Source of the DNA: Octopus sinensis
Taxonomy: Eukaryota
DNA: 64,000 bases
Reading direction: 5' to 3'
NCBI RefSeq assembly: GCF_006345805.1
Contig: NC_043009.1
Span: 8,990,001 to 9,054,000, forward strand
In this document: positions 36,244-49,000 of the stretch, in pieces
Layout of the letters: every line of letters begins with the position of its first letter
Position numbering within the stretch: position 1 is the stretch's first letter
The notes under the pieces: model-generated
What the model saw: only the letters and a program-made list of their open reading frames with translations
What the model was told of the DNA's origin: nothing
Databases searched by the model: none
Program-made: the position numbers and the translations under genes

Positions 36244-38102
36244 GAACTTATTTATCATCATCATTCATGTTATTGTCATTTGATGTCTCTATTTCCTTTT
36301 TCCATGCTGGTACTTGTACGAATTTGCTGTACAGCTTATTATTAATCATCTTTATCATGTCCTGTTTCTTTCTGTTGGACACAGTTTCCTAAGATCCGAG
36401 CTCACTACGTCTTCCTCTTCTCTGCATACCCCCCTCTACCAACAATACACAGCACTCGTCATCCATCCACATCACAGTACAGTCTCTAGGTGATACCTTT
36501 AGTGCTTGACTGCTCTCTGAAATCATTTAGGATCTGATTTTTATACTGTTTAACACATATCTAATGTTATTTTCTTTGCTGTTTCTCACAATATGTAATC
36601 TTTTACTTTTGCAGTTTGTACTCTATTCACAATTATAGTATACTATCATATAGATATAGCAGTATATCATTTAAACATAGCCTATTATTATCACATAAAA
36701 GCAAACCATTTATGATATTAAACAGTGTACAAGTTTACCTTATTGTGATTTGATGTTGCTTTCCCATTAGCCATAGTCTGTGGCATCTGTATGTATTGTA
36801 TGACATCTGAAAAGCTTCTTGCCAAGACACAGGTCTGGGCAAGGTTTTATTTTATGAGAATTTGCTCATACATGCAAGTCTACCCTCTACACCTCCCCAT
36901 GTTACTGATGTAATCCAAGAGAAAGGCAAGGGGTCGATACAGCTTGGCACCAGTGCGGTTGTAGGTGTTTTTGTCAGGGCTCAAAGAATCGGAACAGATC
37001 CTACAAGATGTTCCAGCCAATACTTCACCAATTCCTCTAATCCTCCTCCTTGGACTCTTTATTTCTCAACCCCTGAAAGAATGAGAGGCTTGAGTAGAGT
37101 CAAGCTCTCACTTTTGTCTATGGTCATCAATACATCCTTCTCTAGAGTATAGTGCGCACCCTCTCCAATCCTTGGTCCATTTCAATGTATACCCCTTTCT
37201 GTAACTTGGTGGGTATCAACACTATCTCATCTTCACCATCTCTCCCCCATCTTTACCTGAAGCAGCTATGTTTATTCTGTACTGCGATACACCTTTGTTT
37301 TTTCCTCAATTCTACTCCTCCCATCAGTTGAAGGGTGGGGGTCATATCTTGCAAGTTACTTGGTGACCTCACTGGGACTGGTGCCACATAAAAAGCACCC
37401 AGTACACTCTATAAAGTAGCTGGTGTTAGGAAACCATGTCAAAGCAGATGGCCGGGTTTGGTGCAGTCTTCTGACTTGCCAGTTCCTGTTGAACCATTCA
37501 ACCCATGCTAGCATGAAAAATGGATGTTAAATGATGATGATGATGATGATGATGCCGCCACTGTTGTTGTTGTTTCATTGGTATATAATATTAATGTTAT
37601 TATTTATATAGCGATCTGTGTATCTTACTCCATGCAAACAGATCATGGAAAGACAAACTGACTGTGGTATTCGTCTTGAGATAATATCTCTTATGGATGT
37701 ACTATGTTAAATAACACAAACATATACTAGTATCAAATGAAAATATCCAACAGCTGTTATGGGACTGTGTCTGCTACTGATATATTTTTATGTTATTTAA
37801 CACAATGTCTCCATAATGGCTATTATCTCTAGATGAATACTGCAGTTAGTTTGGCTTTCTGTGATGTATTTGCATTAAGTATGATACACAAATCACTATT
37901 CTAAACCAATACTGCTTCTGTTGCATGTGTTGAATTACTATTGTTTATGTTTATTTTTATTAATATTTTATCCAGGTTTCCAAATCTAATAAGTGTAGTT
38001 TCATCCCAGAAGATTATAACAGAGCTGTAAAAGTAAGTGTATTGTAAATATATCCATTCTTTTCAATTTCTGCACCAGAAACATCATCAGCTTTAGTAAA
38101 TC

Positions 38103-39270
38103 ACCATCATTTAGCATCCATTGTCCATGCTGGCATGGGTTGGACGGTTTGACCAGGGCGGGCAAGCTGGAAGGCTGCACCAGACTCCAATCTGATTTGG
38201 CATGGCTTCTACAGCTGGATGCACTTCCTAACACCAACCACTTTGAGAGTGTAATGGGTCCTTATATGTGCCATCAGCATGCGTGCCATTTGCGTGACAC
38301 CAGTATCTGCCATGACTGTGATTTTACTTGGCTTGATGGGTCTTCTTCTTAAGCACAATGTAATGCCAAAGGACACGGTCATTCTCTCCATGGGGCCCAA
38401 CACTCGAAAGGAGCTCAGCCACATTGCTTCCATGGGGCCCAATGCTTGAATGGTGCTTTTTACGTGCCACTTACTTGGCACCAGCATCAGCTATGACTAT
38501 GATTTCACTTGACTTGACAGGTCTTCTCAAGCACAGCATATCGCCAAAGGTCTCAGTCACTAGTCATCACCTCTGTGAGGCCCAAAGATCATGCTTCACC
38601 TCGTACCATGTCTTCCTGGGTGTACCTCTACCACAGGTTCCCTCCACAGTTAGAGATTGGCACTTATTTACACAGCTGTCCTCATCCATCCATACCTCAT
38701 AACCATATCAGCACAGCTGTCTCTCTTGCACACCACATCTGATGTCTCTTATGCCTAACTTTTCTCTCAAGATGTTTACACTCTGTCGAACATGCACATT
38801 GACATTGCACAGTCAATGAAGCATACTGGCTTCATTTCTTTCAAAGCCTACACACGTCCTCGGCTGTCACAGCCCATGTTTCACTGCCATGTAGCATAGC
38901 TGTTCGCACACAGACATCATACAATCTGCCTTTCACTCTGAGAGAGAGGCCCTCTGTTGCCAGCAGAGGTCAGAGCTCTCTGAACTTTGCCCAGCCTAAT
39001 CTTATTCTCACTGCTACACTCTTAGAGCATCCACCTCTGCTATTAACATGGTCACCTAGATAACGTAAGCTATCTACTACCTCTAGCCATTCCCTTGGCA
39101 GTTGATGGAGTCTATTTTCTGTATATTTTCGGTGTTTATTGTACCTGTGCATCTTCCACACACACAAAAGCTATTTTCCCTGCAAAATGTTTCTTGTTGT
39201 TTGTGCTGTTGGGTAGTTGCACTTTTCCCTGGTTATTTCTGTTCTTTTCTTCAATACTGAAATGCTTTTT
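38103..39270 (-). mobile_element. 5'-truncated RTE LINE, degenerate
   Basis: Collinear with 10428-11640 (VVDSLRYLGD...AVRIRLGWAKFREL) plus tail. Confidence 0.85.
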
Positions 39271-39479
39271 TTTTTTTTGAATTAAAAGAAAGAAAAGATT
39301 ATCTTTTATAATGCTTAGCCTGTAAGGTGAACCATCAACCTATTGAAGTGATCAAGAAGAGAAGGGGTTGACTGGGACATACCCTACAGAAACCTGTTTC
39401 CAGCATTACAAGGCAAGCCTTTCAATGGGGGAGATGGAAGCATGCTTGCTTGCTTTCTGTTCTTGCTTGATGGGGCTGG

Positions 39480-40260
39480 GGTCATTTCAGGTTAGTGGTC
39501 CCTAAGATGTCATCATGTGTAGAGTTGACCAGGTCCACCAGTGCTCTCCATTGCTGATGGCCCCGTGCCAGCTCCTCTGCAACCTCCAAGGTGATGCTGA
39601 GGCTCTGGAGATCTTCCCTAATTACATCCAGCTATCTGCCATGAGGCCTCTTCTAGTTTGCAGCTGCTGCGTCAAATAAGTGTAAAGCCCTGGTAGGGTG
39701 ATCTAGCGGGAGACGGAGGACATGTCCATGCCAGCACATGCGGCACATAGCTACGAGGTGGGAGGCTGCAGGCTGTTGCATGCATGCATGCAGTTCTTTG
39801 TTGGAAATTTGAAGGTACCTTCTGATTTTCTTGATGGTCCTCAGGCATCTGCTATCGATGGAAACAAGGTAGACCAAAAACAGCATGAAAAATGTCCACA
39901 GAAGCTGAAGTACTGGAAGATGGCTACCCCTGGGGACAATCCATTGCCAAAGTTCGAGACCGATGGAAATCTCTTGTTTGTATCCTATGCTCCATATGGG
40001 GTCAAAGAATGCTGTCATTAATTCTTGAGTCGGATTAAATCAATGATTTCTGCCCATGCTAGAGCACTGCTTAATGACAGTATCTTTTAGAGTTTAGTGC
40101 TGGTATTTTTGATTTATCACTGTTTGTGTGTGTATATGTGTATGCAGTTGAAGAATTAGTGAGTTACTTCAGGCTGCTTATTTATGGTTTGTAGGCTACT
40201 GAAGATGACTGTCTGGAAGGTGGAAGAGGAACATACACCACCTTCCTGCTGAAATCTTCA
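39480..40260 (-). pseudogene. Degenerate LINE ORF C-terminal fragment
   Basis: ORF 39653-40018 contains CWHGHVLRLPLDHPTR, similar to the RLRWxGHVxR motif. Confidence 0.6.
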
Positions 40261-40343
40261 GCAAGAACTGTCACCATATTCTTGAGTCTATGATCAAAAA
40301 CATGCCATTCATGACCTTTCCATCTCTTTCCTTATGTCAGATA

Positions 40344-40567
40344 TAGGTGCAGGCATGACTAGGTACAGGTATGTCTAGATGCAGATATGGCTAGGTTCAG
40401 GCATGGCTTGATGCTAGCATAGCTAGGTGCTGGTGTGGCTAAGTGCAGATACGGCTAGGTGCAAGCAAGGCTTGGTGCAGGTATGGCTTGGTGTAGGTAT
40501 GACTCGGTACAGGCATGGATTGGTGCCAGCATGGCTTGATGCAGGCATGGCTAGGTGCAGGCATGGC
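40344..40567 (+). repeat. 16-bp minisatellite (~14 copies) running into a SINE family A head (to about 40690)
   Basis: Unit taggtgcaggcatggc; the last unit continues as ...atggctgtgtgg. Confidence 0.85.
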
Positions 40568-41252
40568 TGTGTGGTTAAAAAGCTTGGGTACAGTCCCCTC
40601 TGCATGGCACCTTGGGCAAGTGTTTTCTTCTATAGTCCTAAACTGACTAAAACCTCATGAGTGAAGTTGATAGATGGAAACTGAAAAGCTCACGTGTAAG
40701 TGTGTGTGTGTGTGTGTGTGTGTTTGTGTCTCCTGTCCTAAACCTTACATGATAGTTGTAAAACGATTGTCACCGTCATACAAGCGGTGTTGCTCATTTC
40801 CAATATTCTGTATAAAATGGGTCTGGCCATGGGGAAGCATTATCTTGCTTAGAAACAGGTGAGGGCTGGCAACATGAAGGGCATCTCACCATAGAAAAAA
40901 ATCTACCCAATAAACCATATTTGAACCATGCAAGCAAGGAAAAGTGAATGTTAAAATGATGACGACAATGATGATGATGATGATCACACACACACACACA
41001 CACACACGCGTGCATGCACACATACGCGTGCATGCACATACACACACGCACACACACACGCACACGCATGCACACACGCACACGTGCGTGCACAGTGTAC
41101 TTCATTGGAAATTTGATCATAAAAGAATTAATGGCGTTTCAGTCGTTTAAAAGCCTGGGTTACTGATCGAAAGAGCAGGAATCAATGATACACGGCATGA
41201 TAGATAATATATGAAACACCTGATGTCCCACTTATCGTACCACAGCCCTATC

Positions 41253-41285
<33 letters not shown>

Positions 41286-41539
41286 AGCCTTAGCATTTAT
41301 CATCCTGTTTAGGTTAGGAATAAGCCATTGACTAAATTTTGTTGCCAATGATACAATTCAAACAGCAGAGTGTTCTATCAATTGTTCTATCTTAGTGAAT
41401 TCATTGTTCTTTAGTCCTAACCTTAAAATAATTGCTATATTGTGATATGTGTTCATGACAGAATTCCAACAATTTTATGTTGATTAGTGTGTATATGTGT
41501 GGTATATCTATATTATATATATTCATTTAGCGTCCGTTT

Positions 41540-41927
41540 TCCATGCTAGATAATATTAATATATATAAATATATATATGTGTGTGTATATATATATATAA
41601 TAATATATTATATATATATAATATATATACATATATATAACTATATTATACCAATATATATATATATAATACATATATAGAAATATAATATATACATAGA
41701 TATATATATTAATATATATATATACATATATTATATATATATATACATAATATATATATATATATAACATATATATATATATACATATACATATATATAT
41801 ATATACATATTACATTTATTATACACTAAATATATATATATATATACAATATATATATATACATATAATATATATATACATATACATATATATATATATA
41901 TACATATATTATATATATATATAATTA

Positions 41928-41959
<32 letters not shown>

Positions 41960-42012
41960 AAATATATATATATAATATCTATATATACATATATATATAT
42001 ATATACATATAT

Positions 42013-42044
<32 letters not shown>

Positions 42045-42266
42045 CATATATAACGGGAAGCTTTATGAAAATAACAAAAACAAAAACGACGAAGGCAGGT
42101 GAAAACAAACGACAATTGTATTAGTATGGCGATCAGGAAATATAAATAAAAACAAGTCTTTAAACGTTTCGAGCCTACGCTCTTCAACAGAAAGATACAC
42201 AGAGAGAGAAAAAACAGAAAAACACAGGAAAGAAGGAGGAAAAAAAATGCGGTGCAGTGCTATAGT

Positions 42267-42297
<31 letters not shown>

Positions 42298-42337
42298 GGA
42301 TATATATATAGTATATAGATATATATGATATATAGAT

Positions 42338-42372
<35 letters not shown>

Positions 42373-42373
42373 C

Positions 42374-42422
<49 letters not shown>

Positions 42423-42856
42423 ATACAATATATATAATTATAATACAATATATATTATAATATATTACATATATATATATATATAATATATATAATTATA
42501 TAAAAGGGCTTAGTAAAATAAATTACTTTGCCGCATAACTGAACTCATTAGAAATACAGCGCTAAAAACGTTTTTAAGCTATTTCTAATATTAAAGAAAA
42601 ATCTCTCTCATAATAGTGTTTGCTGTATATATATTATATATATACATATATATTATTATATATAATCTCTCTCATATATAGTGTTTGCATATATATATAT
42701 AATATACATATAATATATATATACATATATATAATATATATACATATAATATATATATACACATATATATATAATATAACATATATATATATATATATTA
42801 CACATATATTATTATATATATAATACATATATATATAATAATATATACATATATAT

Positions 42857-42900
<44 letters not shown>

Positions 42901-43006
42901 TATTATATATATAACACATATATATATATAACATTATATATATATATTATACATATATATAATATAACATATATTATATAGTATATATATACATATATTA
43001 TTAATA
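41540..43006. repeat. Degenerate (TA)n field with embedded repeat fragments (42050-42265, 42500-42625)
   Basis: Directly visible; it explains the Y/I-rich ORFs. Confidence 0.95.
42156..42195 (-). ncRNA. Putative minimal type I hammerhead ribozyme, A6U variant
   Basis: tcttt-CTGTTGA-a-GAGC(gtag)GCTC-GAAA-CGT-T-t-aaaga. Confidence 0.5.
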
Positions 43007-46000
43007 TGTCTGTCCGTAAAAAACAAGTGATCTCAAGATAAGAAATCTTTGAACTTTAATTCATCCGTTCTCTATTTTATTATTATTATTTATTAATTAT
43101 ATTATTCTGATCCCCCTAGTCGCCACTCTGTTTACTATTTCAGCCGCCTCGCCTCGTTTTGCATATTCTGTATAATTCACTAGTTATCGTTATTGATATT
43201 TTAAGATCTATCTCCCTTATAGAAATTGGCTGCCGATTCTTCGCGGGGGTTTTTCTTTTCTCTCCCTTCTCTCCCCCTCTTGTTACATTGTCGTCTGTCT
43301 GGACCCTCTCTTCCTACCACCCGCCATGGCTAGCATACTTAAGCTAGTAAAATGCCTCATTCTTGATTCCGAATTCCTTTTGCCAAGTCTGTCCGTAAAC
43401 GAAGTGATCTCAAGATAAGAAATCTTTGAACTTTAATTCATCCGTATCTCTATTTATTATTATTTATTATTAATTATTATTATTCTGATCCCCCTAGTCG
43501 CCACTCTGTTTACTATTTCAGCCTCGCCTCGCCTCGTTTTGCATTCTGTATAATTCATAGTTATCGTTATTGATATTTTAAGATCTATCTCCCTTATAGA
43601 AATTGGCTGCCGATTCTTCGCGGGGGTTTTTCTTTTCTCTTTTCCCTTCTCTCCCCTCTTGTTACATTGTCGTCTGTCTGGACTCCTCTCTTCCTACCAC
43701 CCGCCATGGCTATGCATACTAAGCTAGTAAAATGCCTCATTCTTGATTCCGAATTCCTTTTGCCAAGTCTGTCCGTAAACGAAGTGATCTCAAGATAAGA
43801 AATCTTTGAACTTTAATTCATCCGTATCTCTATTTATTATTATTATTTATTAATTATATTATTCTGATCCCCCTAGTCGCCACTCTGTTTACTATTTCAG
43901 CCTCGCCTCGCCTCGTTTTGCATATTCTGTATAATTCACTAGTTATCGTTATTGATATTTTAAGATCTATCTCCCTTATAGAAATTGGCTGCCGATTCTT
44001 CGCGGGGTTTTTCTTTTCTCTTCCCTCTCTCCCCCTCTTGTTACATTGTCGTCTGTCTGGACTCCTCTCTTTCCTACCACCCGCCATGGCTATGCATACT
44101 TAAGCTAGTAAAATGCCTCATTCTTGATTCCGAATTCTTTTGCCAAGTTGTCCGTAACGAAGAAGTGATCTCAAGATAAGAAATCTTTGAACTTTATTCA
44201 TCCGTATCTCTATTTATTATTATTATTTATTAATTATTATTCTGATCCCCCTAGTCGCCACTCTGTTTACTATTTCAGCCTCGCCTCGCCTCGTTTTGCA
44301 TATTCTGTATAATTCACTAGTTATCGTTATTGATATTTTAAGATCTATCTCCCTTATAGAAATTGGCTGCGATTTTCGCGGGGGTTTTTTCTTTTTCTCT
44401 TCCCTTCTCTCCCCTCTTGTTACATTGTCGTCTGTCTGGACTCCTCTCTTCCTACCCCCCGCCATGGCTATGCTACTTAAGCTAGTAAAATGCCTCATTC
44501 TTGATCCGAATTCCTTTTTGCCAAGTCTGTCCGTAACGAAAGTGATCTCAAGATAAGAAATCTTTGAACTTTAATTCATCCGTATCTCTATTTATTATTA
44601 TTATTTATTATTATTATTATTCTGATCCCCCTAGTCGCCACTCTGTTTACTATTTCAGCCTCGCCTCGCCTCGTTTGCATATTCTGTATAATTCACTAGT
44701 TATCGTTATTGATATTTTAAGATCTATCCCTTATAGAAATTGGCTGCCGATTCTTCGCGGGGTTTTTCTTTTCTCTTCCCTTCTCTCCCCCTCTTGTTAC
44801 ATTGTCGTCTGTCTGGACTCCTCTCTTCCTACCACCCGCCATGGCTATGCATACTTAAGCTAGTAAAATGCCTCATCTTGATTCCGAATTCCTTTTGCCA
44901 AGTCTGTCCGTAAACGAAGTGATCTCAAGATAAGAAATCTTTGAACTTAATTCATCCGTATCTCTATTTATTATTATTATTTATTAATTATTATTATTCT
45001 GATCCCCTAGTCGCCACTCTGTTTACTATTTCAGCCTCGCCTCGCCTCGTTTTGCATATTCTGTATAATTCATAGTTATCGTTATTGATATTTTAAGATC
45101 TATCTCCCTTATAGAAATTGGCTGCCGATTCTTCGCGGGGTTTTTCTTTTCTCTTCCCTTCTCTCCCCTCTTGTTACATTGTCGTCTGTCTGGACTCCTC
45201 TCTTCCTACCACCCGCCATGGCTATGCATACTTAAGCTAGTAAAATGCCTCATTCTTGATTCCGAATTCCTTTTGCCAAGTCTGTCCGTAAACGAAGTGA
45301 TCTCAAGATAAGAAATCTTTGAACTTTAATTCATCCGTATCTCTATTTATATTATTATTTATTAATTATATTATTCTGATCCCCCTAGTCGCCACTCTGT
45401 TTACTATTTCAGCCTCGCTCGCCTCGTTTTGATATTCTGTATAATTCACTAGTTATCGTTATTGATATTTTAAGATCTATCTCCTTATAGAAATTGGCTG
45501 CCGATTCTTCGCGGGGTTTTTCTTTTCTCTTCCCTTCTCTCCCCCTCTTGTTACATTGTCGTCTGTCTGGACTCTCTCTTCCTACCACCCGCCATGGCTA
45601 TGCATACTTAAGCTAGTAAAATGCCTCATTCTTGATTCCGAATTCCTTTTGCCAAGTCGTGTCCGTAAACGAAGTGATCTCAAGATAAGAAATCTTTGAA
45701 CTTTAATTCATCCGTATCTCTATTTATTATTATTATTTATTAATTATTATTATTCTGATCCCCCTAGTCGCCACTCTGTTTACTATTTCAGCCTCGCCTC
45801 GCCTCGTTTTGCATATTCTGTATAATTCACTAGTTATCGTTATTGATATTTTTAAGATCTATCTCCCTTATAGAAATTGGCTGCCGATTCTTCGCGGGGT
45901 TTTTTTTCTCTTCCCTTCTCTCCCCTCTTGTTACATGTCGTCTGTCTGGACTCCTCTCTTTCCTACCACCGCCATGGCTATGCATACTTAAGCTAGTAAA

Positions 46001-49000
46001 ATGCCTCATCTTGATTCCGAATTCCTTTGCCAGTCTGTCCGTAAAACGAAGTGATCTCAAGATAAGAATCTTTGAACTTTAATTCATCCGTATCTCTATT
46101 TATTATTATTATTTATTAATTATTATTATTCTGATCCCCCCTAGTCGCCACTCTGTTTACTTTCAGCCTCGCCTCGCCTCGTTTTGCATATTCTGTATAA
46201 TTCACTAGTTATCGTTATTGATATTTTAAGATCTATCTCCCTTATAGAAATTGGCTGCCGATTCTTCGCGGGTTTTTCTTTTCTCTCCCTTCTCTCCCCC
46301 TCTTGTTACATTGTCGTCTGTCTGGACTCCTCTCTTCCTACCACCCGCCATGGCTATGCATACTTAAGCTAGTAAAATGCCTCATTCTTGATTCCGAATT
46401 CCTTTTGCCAAGTCTGTCCGTAAACGAAGTGATCTCAAGATAAGAAATCTTTGAACTTTAATTCATCCGTATCTATTTATTATTATATTATTTATTAATT
46501 ATTATTATTCTGATCCCCCTAGTCGCCACTCTGTTTACTATTTCAGCCTCGCCTCGCCTCGTTTTGCATATTCTGTATAATTCACTAGTTATCGTTATTG
46601 ATTTTAAGATCTATCTCCCTTATAGAAATTGGCTGCCGATTCTTCGCGGGGTTTTTCTTTTCTCTTCCTTCTCTCCCCCTCTTGTTACATTGTCGTCTGT
46701 CTGGACTCCTCTCTTCCTACCACCGCCATGGCTATGCATACTTAAGCTAGTAAAATGCCTCATTCTTGATTCCGAATTCCTTTTGCCAAGTCTGTCCGTA
46801 AACGAAGTGATCTCAAGATAAGAAATCTTTGAACTTTAATTCATCCGTATCTCTATTATTATTATTATTTATTAATTATTATTATTCTGATCCCCCTAGT
46901 CGCCACTCTGTTTACTATTTCAGCCTCGCCTCGCCTCGTTTTGCATATTCTGTATAATTCACTAGTTATCGTTATTGATATTTTAAGATCTATCTCCCTT
47001 ATAGAAATTGGCTGCCGATTCTTCGGGGGGTTTTTCTTTTCTCTTCCTTCTCTCCCCCTCTTGTTACATTGTCGTCTGTCTGGACTCCTCTCTTCCTACC
47101 ACCCGCCATGGCTATGCATACTTAAGCTAGTAAAATGCCTCATTCTTGATTCCGAATTCCTTTTGCCAAGTCTGTCCGTAAACGAAGTGATCTCAAGATA
47201 AGAAATCTTTGAACTTTAATTCATCCGTATCTCTATTTATTATTATTATTTATTAATTATTATTATTCTGATCCCCCTAGTCGCCACTCTGTTTACTATT
47301 TCAGCCTCGCCTCGCCTCGTTTTGCATATTCTGTATAATTCACTAGTTATCGTTATTGATATTTTAAGATCTATCTCCCTTATAGAAATTGGCTGCCGAT
47401 TCTTCGCGGGGGGTTTTTCTTTTCTCTTCCCTTTCTCCCCCTCTTGTTACATTGTCGTCTGTCTGGACTCCTCTCTTCCTACCACCCGCCATGGCTATGC
47501 ATACTTAAGCTAGTAAAATGCCTCATTCTTGATTCCGAATTCCTTTTGCCAAGTCTGTCCGTAAACGAAGTGATCTCAAGATAAGAAATCTTTGAACTTT
47601 AATTCATCGTATCTCTATTTATTATTATATTTATTAATTATTATTATTCTGATCCCCCTAGTCGCCACTCTGTTTACTATTTCAGCCTCGCCTCGCCTCG
47701 TTTTGCATATTCTGTATAATTCACTAGTTATCGTTATTGATATTTTAAGATCTATCTCCCTTATAGAAATTGGCTGCCGATTCTTCGCGGGGTTTTTTTT
47801 CTTTTCTCTTCCCTTCTCTCCCCCTCTTGTTACATTGTCGTCTGTCTGGACTCCTCTCTTTCCTACCACCCGCCATGGCTATGCATACTTAAGCTAGTAA
47901 AATGCCTCATTCTTGATTCCGAATTCCTTTTGCCAAGTCTGTCCGTAAACGAAGTGATCTCAAGATAAGAAATCTTTGAACTTTAATTCATCCGTATCTC
48001 TATTTATTATTATTATTTATTAATTATTATTATTCTGATCCCCCTAGTCGCCACTCTGTTTACTATTTCAGCCTCGCCTCGCCTCGTTTTGCATATTCTG
48101 TATAATTCACTAGTTATCGTTATTGATATTTTAAGATCTATCTCCCTTATAGAAATTGGCTGCCGATTCTTCGCGGGGTTTTTTTTTTCTTCCCTTCTCT
48201 CCCCCTCTTGTTACATTGTCGTCTGTCTGGACTCCTCTCTTCCTACCACCCGCCATGGCTATGCATACTTAAGCTAGTAAAATGCCTCATTCTTGATTCC
48301 GAATTCCTTTTGCCAAGTCTGTCCGTAAACGAAGTGATCTCAAGATAAGAAATCTTTGAACTTTAATTCATCCGTATCTCTATTTATATTATTATTTATT
48401 AATTATTATTATTCTGATCCCCCTAGTCGCCACTCTGTTTACTATTTCAGCCTCGCCTCGCCTCGTTTTGCATATTCTGTATAATTCACTAGTTATCGTT
48501 ATTGATATTTTAAGATCTATCTCCCTTATAGAAATTGGCTGCCGATTCTTCGCGGGGTTTTTCTTTTCTCTTCCCTTCTCTCCCCCTCTTGTTACATTGT
48601 CGTCTGTCTGGACTCCTCTCTTCCTACCACCCCGCCATGGCTATGCATACTTAAGCTAGTAAAATGCCTCATTCTTGATTCCGAATTCCTTTTGCCAAGT
48701 CTGTCCGTAAACGAAGTGATCTCAAGATAAGAAATCTTTGAACTTTAATTCATCCGTATCTCTATTTATTATTATTATTTATTAATTATTATTATTCTGA
48801 TCCCCTAGTCGCCACTCTGTTTACTATTTCAGCCTCGCCTCGCCTCGTTTTGCATATTCTGTATAATTCACTAGTTATCGTTATTGATATTTTAAGATCT
48901 ATCTCCCTTATAGAAATTGGCTGCCGATTCTTCGCGGGGTTTTCTTTTCTCTTCCTTCTCTCCCCCTCTTGTTACATTGTCGTCTGTCTGGACTCCTCTT

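Noticed and set aside
38050-38095. Minus-strand CTGATGA...GAAA motif
   Set aside because: Stem II is only 2 bp, with no valid NUH or stem I; judged chance.
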